Shown one piece after another: positions 39,336-48,116 of a stretch of DNA of 64,000 bases; the first letter of the stretch is position 1; each line of letters opens with the position of its first letter. The notes below the pieces were generated by a model. The model was given only the letters and a program-made list of their open reading frames with translations, ran no database searches and had not been told where the DNA came from. The stretch is from a virus, in IMG/VR virus record IMGVR_UViG_3300045988_183451; one strand, 5' to 3'. A program made the translations under genes and the position numbers.

Positions 39336-39407
39336 AAATAAGCCTTTTATATTTAAGTATACCATATATAAACAGATAAAATAATTTTATTAGAGAGAAG
39401 GAAAATA

Positions 39408-39998
39408 ATGAATATTGAATATAACATTCCTTTTAAGTACACAAAAGATAATATTATAGATTTTTTATGTGAAAATGATGATAAAGATTGGTTTTTACAT
39501 AAAAATGATTTAAAAAATTATGTAGAAGAATATATATCAAAAATTCCTGAACAAATATTAAAAATATTTGATAAGGAAGGATGGAAAATAATTTTAACAA
39601 ATGAAAACTTAGAAGATAAGTTTGGTTTTAACTTTGAAATATATGGAGTTACAGATAAAGATTATAAAACAATATATACATATGCACATCCTGTCGCAAT
39701 AACTTATGGATTAGGTCACGAAATAGGTCATTTTGTTGATATATTTTTAGGAAATATTTCAAGAACTAATCAATGGAAAAATATATGTAAGCAACATATC
39801 CAATTATCAGATATACCATTATATTATTTTACATTAGGTAAGTGTGAATTTTATGATGAAGAATATTTTGCAGATAGCTTTTTATTATTCCTTAATGATA
39901 AGACATTACTTAAGAAGTGTAATGAAAGCGCATATAATTTATTTGATAGGTTATTTAAAAATATAGATACAGTTATAGATGTAGTATCAAGAAATTGA
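39408..39998 (+). CDS. putative zinc metallopeptidase (HExxH)
   Basis: YAHPVAITYGLGHEIGHFVD HEIGH motif; SD agagagaaggaaaataATG. Confidence 0.4.
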   Translation: MNIEYNIPFKYTKDNIIDFLCENDDKDWFLHKNDLKNYVEEYISKIPEQILKIFDKEGWKIILTNENLEDKFGFNFEIYGVTDKDYKTIYTYAHPVAITYGLGHEIGHFVDIFLGNISRTNQWKNICKQHIQLSDIPLYYFTLGKCEFYDEEYFADSFLLFLNDKTLLKKCNESAYNLFDRLFKNIDTVIDVVSRN

Positions 39999-40013
39999 TT
40001 AAAGGAGGATGTA

Positions 40014-40544
40014 ATGAATTATAATATTATTACTACATTAATCGTAATTATTCCTATATTAATGTTTTGTATTTATTATTGTTTTGCGGGAATAAAAGAA
40101 GAAAATATATGGGATAGTCCATCAACAGATAAAGGATGTATATGTGCAATTATTAGCTTTATTAATGTTGTATGTTTCATAGGATTTGAGATTAATAATA
40201 GTATTTTTACAACCATATTAATTATTATCGAAGCTCCTATTTTAATATGGACTGTATTTACAAAATGTTTTAATAAATTTGAAAATAAGAAGATGCTGTA
40301 TAGTGAATTATTATATATCTATAATCAGGAAAATTTAACTGATTTTAAAAAACATATGACACGTAAAGAACAAATAGAGTTTCTTAAAAGCATTAAGGTT
40401 GAATGTTTAGATAGAACCAGAGAAGAAAATATAAATAGTAATGGAGAAAAAGTTGTTGCAACTAAGGATATTTACCAGTATATTCCATTAATCGAAAATG
40501 AAGAAGATTTAAAATATTGGGAAGATATTTTAAGAAAGGAATAG
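40014..40544 (+). CDS. membrane-anchored hypothetical protein
   Basis: SD taaaggaggatgtaATG; two N-terminal TM segments. Confidence 0.45.
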   Translation: MNYNIITTLIVIIPILMFCIYYCFAGIKEENIWDSPSTDKGCICAIISFINVVCFIGFEINNSIFTTILIIIEAPILIWTVFTKCFNKFENKKMLYSELLYIYNQENLTDFKKHMTRKEQIEFLKSIKVECLDRTREENINSNGEKVVATKDIYQYIPLIENEEDLKYWEDILRKE

Positions 40545-40547
40545 CTT

Positions 40548-40826
40548 ATGACTTTTAAAGAAGCTAGAAAACAAGCAAGAGAAATAGCCATAAGAAAAAA
40601 TCATTGGGTTTATATTTATAAAGATAATAGTAAAAAGAATAATTATCATATGTCAGAAGATTATGATTTTTCAGCTAATCTTACAACCAGCTATTATGTA
40701 CATAAAAGTGGAAGAATTCTAAATATAGCCATTTATAAAGAAATAGATAAGGCCTTTAAAAAGAGAGGTATACATACTTATCCATTCTCACCCATTATTA
40801 TGAATTATTTAGAAGATAAGAGGTAA
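40548..40826 (+). CDS. hypothetical protein
   Basis: Tightly packed operon ORF. Confidence 0.4.
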   Translation: MTFKEARKQAREIAIRKNHWVYIYKDNSKKNNYHMSEDYDFSANLTTSYYVHKSGRILNIAIYKEIDKAFKKRGIHTYPFSPIIMNYLEDKR

Positions 40827-40831
40827 TATTT

Positions 40832-41089
40832 ATGAATAAAAAGAGAAATATCAAATATTATATTGTGGTGTTAGTTATAGGAATACTAATTGAGTCTACA
40901 TATTTGCTTCCTATTTTTACTATTGCTATAAATAGAAGCTTATCTATGGATGATAGTTTTTTATTATTACAAACCCAATTTCCAGAAGTTATAAATATAT
41001 TAAGATGTTATTCAATTATCGGAGGTACAGCTATTGGATTTTCAATAGGAGTAATATTTTCCAAAGAGAGGTGTAAAGAATATGAATAA
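40832..41089 (+). CDS. small membrane protein
   Basis: SD taagaggtaatatttATG. Confidence 0.4.
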   Translation: MNKKRNIKYYIVVLVIGILIESTYLLPIFTIAINRSLSMDDSFLLLQTQFPEVINILRCYSIIGGTAIGFSIGVIFSKERCKEYE

Positions 41090-41504
41090 AAATGATATTA
41101 AAGTAGGTAATAAAGTTTGGTTTCAAGAATATCTTACAGAAAGAATTGTATACGGAATAGTAGAGCAAATAGGTGATAATGAAATAGGTAATGATGTTGT
41201 AAAAATTCATGGAAAACATTATGATAATGGAAATAGTTTCTTAGGGTTTTGTTGGAAATCATTTAAAGATATATATAAAACTAAAGATGATTGTATTAAT
41301 GATATTAGAGCTAAAAATGATGTTATTGTTAAAAAATATAAAGCAGAAATTGTCGATTTATATAGTCTTATAAACTTTCCTCTTGAACATAATGTAGGGC
41401 AATGTGATGAATATACCGATTATGAAGCTATTAGGGCTTATAAGGAAAGAGCTGTTGAATTAGGCTTTGATATAGATTTAGAAAATGATATAGAAAGGGA
41501 TTGA
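41082..41504 (+). CDS. hypothetical protein
   Basis: Overlaps the upstream stop; SD gagaggtgtaaagaatATG. Confidence 0.45.
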   Translation: MNKNDIKVGNKVWFQEYLTERIVYGIVEQIGDNEIGNDVVKIHGKHYDNGNSFLGFCWKSFKDIYKTKDDCINDIRAKNDVIVKKYKAEIVDLYSLINFPLEHNVGQCDEYTDYEAIRAYKERAVELGFDIDLENDIERD

Positions 41505-41923
41505 TGATGTCAAGAATAAGAAAAGATTTAATTAATGAAGAATTAACTTCTCAAAATGAAAAGTATAAGAATTTTAATCTACATAATAGTCTCATAAGTA
41601 AATTAAAAAATCATTATAATTGTGTAGAATTTGTTGAAAATTCTTATGATTTAGATGATGATTTAACAGAGGAACAAAGACTTCATACTTGTAACTGGCA
41701 AGAACCTTATTTTGAGGGTAATTGGGGCTATTCTTTGCAATATGTTAATAATTGTGCCTTAAATAATTTAAGATGGCTTAAAAGGCAAAATATAGGTTTA
41801 AAAGATAGATTTTATATAAGTATTCATACAAGCGAAGATAATAAAGAATATATTTATATCTATTTTTATGGAAGGGATGTTTTACAGGTAGATTATTGGT
41901 TTATTTTTGAGAGGAAAATATAA
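41501..41923 (+). CDS. hypothetical protein
   Basis: ATGA overlap. Confidence 0.45.
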   Translation: MMMSRIRKDLINEELTSQNEKYKNFNLHNSLISKLKNHYNCVEFVENSYDLDDDLTEEQRLHTCNWQEPYFEGNWGYSLQYVNNCALNNLRWLKRQNIGLKDRFYISIHTSEDNKEYIYIYFYGRDVLQVDYWFIFERKI

Positions 41924-41926
41924 TTT

Positions 41927-42469
41927 ATGTATGACAAAAATAATAAAAAGATATTAGTTATTTTAATAATTATAATTATAAGCAGCGTAATAGGATTTAC
42001 CTATTTTATTTACGACTCAAAAAAACAAGTAAAGAAAAATGCTATAAAATATGAAGAAGAAAAAGATAAGCCAGAGTTTAATGCTCTTACTAAAAAGAAT
42101 ATTTCTATTTATAAGTTAGCAGATACAGAAAATACAGAATATTTCATAAAATTTTCTGACACACATTTAGATTCAAGTAATTATTATCCAATAGGCTTAG
42201 ATTTATCCAAAGATATTATTTTATCAAAAAATTTAAAAGATAAATCTCAATTAATGATTGTTAATAACAAAGTATTTATTATTGAAAGTAGAAGAATATC
42301 TGGTAGTGCAGGTGATGGTCATAGTTGTAGTGTTGGTTTATGGAATATAACGGAAATAGTAAACGAAACAGAGAAAACAAATATTACTAATGAATTGTTA
42401 AAAAATAATAATAATTACTATAAAATAAATACATCTGATTTAGTAAAAGACGAACCATTATTAAAATAA
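41927..42469 (+). CDS. hypothetical protein with N-terminal TM anchor
   Basis: KILVILIIIIISSVIGFTYFIY anchor. Confidence 0.45.
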   Translation: MYDKNNKKILVILIIIIISSVIGFTYFIYDSKKQVKKNAIKYEEEKDKPEFNALTKKNISIYKLADTENTEYFIKFSDTHLDSSNYYPIGLDLSKDIILSKNLKDKSQLMIVNNKVFIIESRRISGSAGDGHSCSVGLWNITEIVNETEKTNITNELLKNNNNYYKINTSDLVKDEPLLK

Positions 42470-42531
42470 TTACAATGCATTTTTAGAAAGGGATTATTAT
42501 TAAAAATAATCTCTTTTTTTTATATCTTAAT

Positions 42532-42541
42532 ACACTATTAT
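42532..42541 (+). promoter_or_regulatory. conserved ACACTATTAT promoter-like motif
   Basis: tcttaatACACTATTATtaaaagatg. Confidence 0.45.
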
Positions 42542-42578
42542 TAAAAGATGAAAAACTTATTTAAGGAGAAGTTAAGAT

Positions 42579-42715
42579 ATGAATTTATTAGAAAATGTAT
42601 AAGCCGCTATCCTCAAAGCTTCAGCTTTGTAGGTTAAGGCTTATGCATTTAATTCTGGAATATTATTTTTAAATAATATGGAAGAAAATCACCGAAGCTT
42701 AAGCTTCGTGTGATG
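42579..42715 (+). promoter_or_regulatory. leader region: 7-codon mini-ORF with strong SD, two GC-rich perfect palindromes, and an 11-codon uORF overlapping the gene start (TGATG)
   Basis: aaggagaagttaagatATG-MNLLENV-TAA; palindromes caaagcttcagctttg (42614-42629) and cgaagcttaagcttcg (42693-42708); ATG 42678 uORF ends TGA overlapping ATG 42713. Confidence 0.3.
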
Positions 42716-42916
42716 TTTAATGTTTTGTTGAAAAGATATATTCAAAAAACAGATATTACAGAAGAATATCGTAAAAAGGTAAATAATGTTATTACAGAAA
42801 AATATTATCTTGTTGATATGTCTTATAACAGTTATGGTTCAATTACAAGAACAAAGAAAATGATGAGTGAAAGTGAATATGACAAAATAATTAAACAAGG
42901 ATATTTTATGAGATAA
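42713..42916 (+). CDS. hypothetical small protein
   Basis: No SD of its own; apparently coupled to the upstream uORF. Confidence 0.4.
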   Translation: MFNVLLKRYIQKTDITEEYRKKVNNVITEKYYLVDMSYNSYGSITRTKKMMSESEYDKIIKQGYFMR

Positions 42917-42925
42917 GGAGAAAAT

Positions 42926-43207
42926 ATGGATTTTAATAACGAAATAGCAGAATTTATTAATAGATATAGCAATATGAAAGCGCAACATGAACATACAGAA
43001 AATGTAATTAAAAATATAGATATATTGCATAAAGATATTTTAAAGAATTTAGATTTACAGAAAGATATTTCAAGAGAAGAAAGAAATATTATTTGCGATG
43101 AAATAATTCTTGCTACAGGAGCTTTGGAAAGAATTAAGGATATATTAATGGAGAAGATGAATGAGCTGCAATATGATTATAATAAAGAGAACATAGATAG
43201 AGAATGA
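42926..43207 (+). CDS. hypothetical protein
   Basis: SD gataaggagaaaatATG. Confidence 0.45.
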   Translation: MDFNNEIAEFINRYSNMKAQHEHTENVIKNIDILHKDILKNLDLQKDISREERNIICDEIILATGALERIKDILMEKMNELQYDYNKENIDRE

Positions 43208-43677
43208 AAACTAAGAAAACACTTAAACTGGAAAAACAAATATATAATATTACTAAAAAAATGGGAGTTTTTGGATGCTTTGAAGTCACAATAGGGTTCT
43301 TTGGCAGGGAAAGAGTAGATTATATGACTTATGATACAAAAGGTATATTTAGATGCTATGAAATAAAGGTGAGTAAGTCTGATTTTCATAGTAATGCTAA
43401 ATTAAGCTTTGTAGGCCATTATAATTATTATGTTCTTACAAGAAAATTATATGAAGAAGTTAAAGATGAAATACCTGATTGGATTGGAATTTATGTAGGA
43501 GAAAGCCTTGTAAAATCCCCTAAAAAGCAAGATATAGACGATAAGATATATAAATATAGAAGAACAATAAATGGTCGCTCTAGTGAGCTTACAATACCTT
43601 ACACAGATATGTTAAAAGAGAGTTTAATAAGGTCACTATACAGAGAAGCTAATAAATGGTATACTTATAATTACTAA
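43204..43677 (+). CDS. PD-(D/E)xK nuclease-superfamily protein
   Basis: GCFEVTIGFFGRERVDYMTYDTKGIFRCYEIKVSKSDF: G..E....R.D...........CYEIK pattern; ATGA overlap upstream. Confidence 0.45.
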   Translation: MKTKKTLKLEKQIYNITKKMGVFGCFEVTIGFFGRERVDYMTYDTKGIFRCYEIKVSKSDFHSNAKLSFVGHYNYYVLTRKLYEEVKDEIPDWIGIYVGESLVKSPKKQDIDDKIYKYRRTINGRSSELTIPYTDMLKESLIRSLYREANKWYTYNY

Positions 43678-43698
43678 TCAAAAGGTGGTACTTAAAAT

Positions 43699-44496
43699 AT
43701 GATGATAGCTTTAACATATAGATGTAATATGGGATGCACTCATTGTATTTCAGATTGTAAACCAGATGGAATAGATATGAGTAAAGACACCCTAATTGAT
43801 AGTCTTGATTTTATAAATAAACATAAAATAAAAGCAATATTATTTTCTGGCGGTGAACCATTTGCGCATCCAGATATTATATCTTTACTTGATGTTATAG
43901 AAGAAAAATTAGATAAGAATATCCCTATTACCTTTGCTACAAATGGAAGAGTTTTAGCAGATAATATTGAAATTTATGAAAAAGTATCTGAATTAGTTAA
44001 GAAAAATAAGAAAAGAATAATCATACAGGTTACAGATGATGATAGATTTTACCCTACTAAACTTAATGAAAAACAAAGATATAGACTAGAAAAAATAGGT
44101 GCTATTATAGAAGGCGTTCCTAGTTATGTTTCTGATAGAAATAAATGTTTATATCCACAAGGTAGAGCTTTAGATAATTTTGATGAATCTTTTTATTATA
44201 CTATTGCTCCTAAATGTGTAAATGTACGATTATTAGTAAGACAGAATATAAATAAAATATCAAATATATGTGATACATTGCTTATGAGAGGAAAAATGTG
44301 TACTCCAGTAATTGCTCCTAATGGTATGTTAAAAATAGGAGAGTCGGCTTTGTGTCCTGAAGTAGCTTCAATTTATGATAATGAAACAGATATTATAAGA
44401 AAAATATCTCATTTTAATTGTAATAAATGTACATACGCACTTGAACAGTTAAAGAGAAATAACTTACTTGCTTATAATCTATTAATAAAGGAGTAA
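43699..44496 (+). CDS. radical SAM enzyme (MoaA/SPASM-like class)
   Basis: ALTYRCNMGCTHC Cx3Cx2C; LFSGGEPFAHPD; C-terminal Cys-rich region including FNCNKCTY; SD aaaaggtggtacttaaaatATG. Confidence 0.65.
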   Translation: MMIALTYRCNMGCTHCISDCKPDGIDMSKDTLIDSLDFINKHKIKAILFSGGEPFAHPDIISLLDVIEEKLDKNIPITFATNGRVLADNIEIYEKVSELVKKNKKRIIIQVTDDDRFYPTKLNEKQRYRLEKIGAIIEGVPSYVSDRNKCLYPQGRALDNFDESFYYTIAPKCVNVRLLVRQNINKISNICDTLLMRGKMCTPVIAPNGMLKIGESALCPEVASIYDNETDIIRKISHFNCNKCTYALEQLKRNNLLAYNLLIKE

Positions 44497-44500
44497 TATT

Positions 44501-44962
44501 ATGGGAAATTATTATGAAGGAAATATCCGTTTTATATTAAAAAAAGATTTACCAGAGTTTATAATAGATGCTTTATTATTTATACAAGATAAAGATTTTA
44601 AAATGCCTAAAAAATATTCTGGAATAGATATTTTCACTGAAGAAAATAGAAATAAGGTCAATATTGATTTTTCTGCTATAATAGATGACATAGACAATAC
44701 TATGTATATAGATAAAGATAATTATAAGTATATCACCAATACATATAAGAATCAGATTTTAGGCTATGATTTATTTGTTTCAATCGTTCTAAAAGGTAAG
44801 GATAATTATAACAATATTGGGGATAAATGGTATGATTTTTTCAAGAATTATATAAATATACCTTTAAGTGAAGAGTATTTCACATTAAAAGGAGATAATT
44901 TGTTAGGCAGAATATATGATGAAGATTTTACTTATGATAAATGCTATTTTTTAGAAGCTTAA
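44501..44962 (+). CDS. hypothetical protein
   Basis: SD ataaaggagtaatattATG. Confidence 0.5.
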   Translation: MGNYYEGNIRFILKKDLPEFIIDALLFIQDKDFKMPKKYSGIDIFTEENRNKVNIDFSAIIDDIDNTMYIDKDNYKYITNTYKNQILGYDLFVSIVLKGKDNYNNIGDKWYDFFKNYINIPLSEEYFTLKGDNLLGRIYDEDFTYDKCYFLEA

Positions 44963-45066
44963 TAAAAAAATGAATATATAAAAACAATATATATAAAAAA
45001 AGAGTTATTGACTGTATGAATGAATTATGTTAATACAACAATACGATTAAAAATTAAATTTTTGTA

Positions 45067-45099
45067 GGGAATGGGTAATTACTCGTTCCCGATTTTTTT
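45067..45099 (+). terminator. rho-independent terminator
   Basis: gggaatg-(10 nt loop)-cgttccc then gattttttt. Confidence 0.55.
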
Positions 45100-45204
45100 A
45101 TTATAAAATAAGATAAATAGTTTGAGATTATTTTTCATAACAGATAAGTGACTGATAAAATACATAAAAGGCGTATTAGCGATGGCATTTTTTTTTATTT
45201 TATT

Positions 45205-45214
45205 ACACTATTAT
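45205..45214 (+). promoter_or_regulatory. conserved ACACTATTAT promoter-like motif
   Basis: ttttattACACTATTATatatagacg. Confidence 0.45.
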
Positions 45215-45303
45215 ATATAGACGATAAAGAATAAAGCTGTTAAAATAGAAAGTATTATTAGACTAACAACAATGAATTTTAACTTTTCTTATGAGGTGAT
45301 ATT

Positions 45304-45483
45304 TTGAAAAAAGTCAGATATGCGATTGAAAAAGTAATAGAAGTTCCTGAAACAGAAGGAGAAGAGTCAATTAATAATATAATCCGCAGAAGATGTGAAG
45401 AAGAAAATGGATTAGATTATATTTATACAGCAGAAAATGATATGAAGGAAAATGGATTGAAAAGTTTGTTTGATGAAATATAA
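45304..45483 (+). CDS. small hypothetical protein (TTG start)
   Basis: SD tgaggtgatatttTTG; 59-aa ORF LKKVRYAIEKVIEVPETEGEE...; below the track cutoff. Confidence 0.3.
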   Translation: MKKVRYAIEKVIEVPETEGEESINNIIRRRCEEENGLDYIYTAENDMKENGLKSLFDEI

Positions 45484-45523
45484 GGGATATAAGCAAATAT
45501 AGTTAAAGATTATTTAGAAGAAG

Positions 45524-45838
45524 GTGTTTGAAATTAGAACAGAAACAAAAGCAATAAAGTTATTATTAAAAGAATTATATCCAGAAGAAATATTTTCAAT
45601 AAACCTAAAGCAACCTTCTTCATACATTAGTAATTCAGACAAAATAAAAATTAAATGCCCTAAATCAATAAATAAAAAAGAAGTAATTAGTACATTAAAA
45701 AAATATGTATATGGTATTGATGTTTATGAAAAAGGAAACTTTGGGTATATAAAACATACTAATAATACATCATATATCATCTTGATGAATGGTGAAAAAA
45801 TAGATATGGATATGGTTGAATTTATTGAAGTCCAATAA
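45524..45838 (+). CDS. hypothetical protein (non-ATG start uncertain)
   Basis: ORF track; GTG/TTG start near 45524-45528. Confidence 0.4.
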   Translation: MFEIRTETKAIKLLLKELYPEEIFSINLKQPSSYISNSDKIKIKCPKSINKKEVISTLKKYVYGIDVYEKGNFGYIKHTNNTSYIILMNGEKIDMDMVEFIEVQ

Positions 45839-46003
45839 AACCAAGTTTTTATATAAGAGTTGATAACAAAGGCTATCCTTATGGATATGAATGTTTAAAA
45901 TATGGGGATTCTGTATTTCGAGAGCATTTTCAAGATACAAAAGAATTTAAGAATTATAAATCTAAGGTAATTTAATTTTACTTAGGAGATTAGAGGTAGA
46001 AAA

Positions 46004-46540
46004 ATGGAAAATAGAGAGATAAAGTTTATTTGCGGTTGGACTATTGAACAAGCTATAAAGGAATTACATGAAAGAGCGAAGGATGGCAATAAATATTATG
46101 GTGATTTTAATGGGAACAAACTGACATCCGATATGTCTTTAGATGATGCTTATATGCTTTGTATCGGAAAAACTTTTGAACAATTTAATAAAGAACAAGA
46201 AGAGAGCCGTCAAAGATTAATTCAAGAAGAGGAAGAACATAAAAGGAAAATTCCTGAATTATCAAAGTATTGGATAAAAGAAGGTCATAAAGTCTTATCA
46301 AAGGATAAATGGGAAATGTGGGATAAATGTGTTCCTATTCGACTTAGTGATTTATATAGAGGAATGGAACTTGGTCTGTGCTTAGACATTATCAGAACCG
46401 TTAAAGAAAAATCTATTCAAGATGGAATTGAAGTTATGAATAATCAGGAACATTCTGGTATGTCATGGGGATTAATGAAGTCTATGATTAGAGAATTTTG
46501 TGATTGCGGAAATGAATTTTTAGAACAGTTAGAAGAATAA
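46004..46540 (+). CDS. hypothetical protein
   Basis: SD gattagaggtagaaaaATG. Confidence 0.5.
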   Translation: MENREIKFICGWTIEQAIKELHERAKDGNKYYGDFNGNKLTSDMSLDDAYMLCIGKTFEQFNKEQEESRQRLIQEEEEHKRKIPELSKYWIKEGHKVLSKDKWEMWDKCVPIRLSDLYRGMELGLCLDIIRTVKEKSIQDGIEVMNNQEHSGMSWGLMKSMIREFCDCGNEFLEQLEE

Positions 46541-46930
46541 TGCCGTAAGATGAGATACATAATTAAACTAAAAAGCCAAAGAACTTTAACTTATTTATAT
46601 CTGGACTCTGCATTGATTAAATGCATAGGATATAAATATGAAAGCGGAAATGGCAAAGCTGCAATGCATTTTGAGATAATGATTGGATTAAAATAGATTC
46701 TTTAGAATATTGGAGGAATAATTATGGTAAATAAAACAGTTAAACAGATTATTGAAGAAAATAAAGATAAAGAAATTCATTTAATTGATGGAATGGGTGT
46801 ATGGGGTTAGTTACCACTTACAGAGAATAAAATGCCGCATATACCTAATGCGGTTGAAATTAATGATGATGTTGTAAAAATGTATGTTCAATAAAATAAT
46901 AAAACAAACTTTCTTTAGAGGTGAAAGGTA

Positions 46931-47167
46931 ATGAATAATAATTGTGAATTATGTGATGGAGTTGATTTTTGCGATAAGCCCGATATGAGAGAAAAAGTAA
47001 GAGAATATATTACTGAACTTGATAAAGAAATTGATAGATGTCAAAATGAATTGCAAAAATATTATAAGAGTAATGGTGATATGGGTGTTATAAATATGCA
47101 AAATAGAATTCAAGTTTTAATCGAAGTAAAGAATGATTTATTGAAAAGATTGGAAGAAGTGATATAA
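46931..47167 (+). CDS. small Cys-containing protein (CELCDGVDFCD)
   Basis: SD agaggtgaaaggtaATG. Confidence 0.4.
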   Translation: MNNNCELCDGVDFCDKPDMREKVREYITELDKEIDRCQNELQKYYKSNGDMGVINMQNRIQVLIEVKNDLLKRLEEVI

Positions 47168-47176
47168 TGATATAAG

Positions 47177-47398
47177 ATGAAAATTTTATATAGTAATAAG
47201 ACAGATGAAGAATTATCATTAATTTATAAAGATTATGTTATTTCAAAAAATGAAGGAACAAGATGTGAAAGTTTTATACCTTATGCAAAAGAAATCAAAG
47301 AAAATATAGGTGGAGATTTTACTTTAGCCGAAGCAATTAGATTGGCAAAGTTAGAGTTTTTTGAAGAAGTATGTAATAGGTTTTTTATAAGTAAATGA
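47177..47398 (+). CDS. hypothetical small protein
   Basis: ORF track. Confidence 0.4.
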   Translation: MKILYSNKTDEELSLIYKDYVISKNEGTRCESFIPYAKEIKENIGGDFTLAEAIRLAKLEFFEEVCNRFFISK

Positions 47399-47419
47399 AT
47401 AAATAATAGAGGTAATAAT

Positions 47420-47749
47420 ATGTTTACATTTATTAAAGGAATTAATCATGTAACAATGAAATGGTATATAGAAAATTTAAAAGACAAAATTAATATCTGT
47501 GATGCGAATATTACAGATTATAGTACAAGCGAATTAGAAAATGTTATCAAAGATATTATGTCTAATATTGGTATTGGTAATATTACTGTCACAGATAAAT
47601 ACGCAGTAGCAGAAGGAAGAAAACGCATCTATGCTATTAATGCTTTCATTGATGGTAAAATCAAATTCTCAAATAAATATTATACAGGGTTATCAAAAGA
47701 AGAACTAGATAATTTTAATAACTATGAGCTTGTAATTTATGTCGGATAA
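47420..47749 (+). CDS. hypothetical protein
   Basis: SD atagaggtaataatATG. Confidence 0.45.
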   Translation: MFTFIKGINHVTMKWYIENLKDKINICDANITDYSTSELENVIKDIMSNIGIGNITVTDKYAVAEGRKRIYAINAFIDGKIKFSNKYYTGLSKEELDNFNNYELVIYVG

Positions 47750-47806
47750 ATTATGCTTTAAAGAAAAGTTGATTGATAGACTATAAAGAATAATTAAGAG
47801 GGAAAT

Positions 47807-47986
47807 ATGATAATAAAAAATAAAAGTTCAATCAATAATGTTGAAAAAGCTATTGATAATTGGAAAAAAGAAAATCCAGATAGAAAGGTAACAATAGAAG
47901 TTCCAAGTAATAGTATAACTATAAAATTATCTGAAGCAAACATATATACCGACCAAGCTGGAAATTTATATTTTGATGCAGAATAA
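47807..47986 (+). CDS. small hypothetical protein (59 aa)
   Basis: SD taagagggaaatATG; below the track cutoff. Confidence 0.35.
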   Translation: MIIKNKSSINNVEKAIDNWKKENPDRKVTIEVPSNSITIKLSEANIYTDQAGNLYFDAE

Positions 47987-48075
47987 TAAGTTAATTATAA
48001 AAAAATCAAATAATAATAAAAGGTGATAAAGAGAAGCTTAAATTCAAGGTTTCTCTTTATTTTTTTACTCTTTTC

Positions 48076-48085
48076 ACACTATTAT
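48076..48085 (+). promoter_or_regulatory. conserved ACACTATTAT promoter-like motif
   Basis: ttttcACACTATTATaaatataagtaaaagaaaaggagttaataaaTTG. Confidence 0.45.
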
Positions 48086-48116
48086 AAATATAAGTAAAAG
48101 AAAAGGAGTTAATAAA

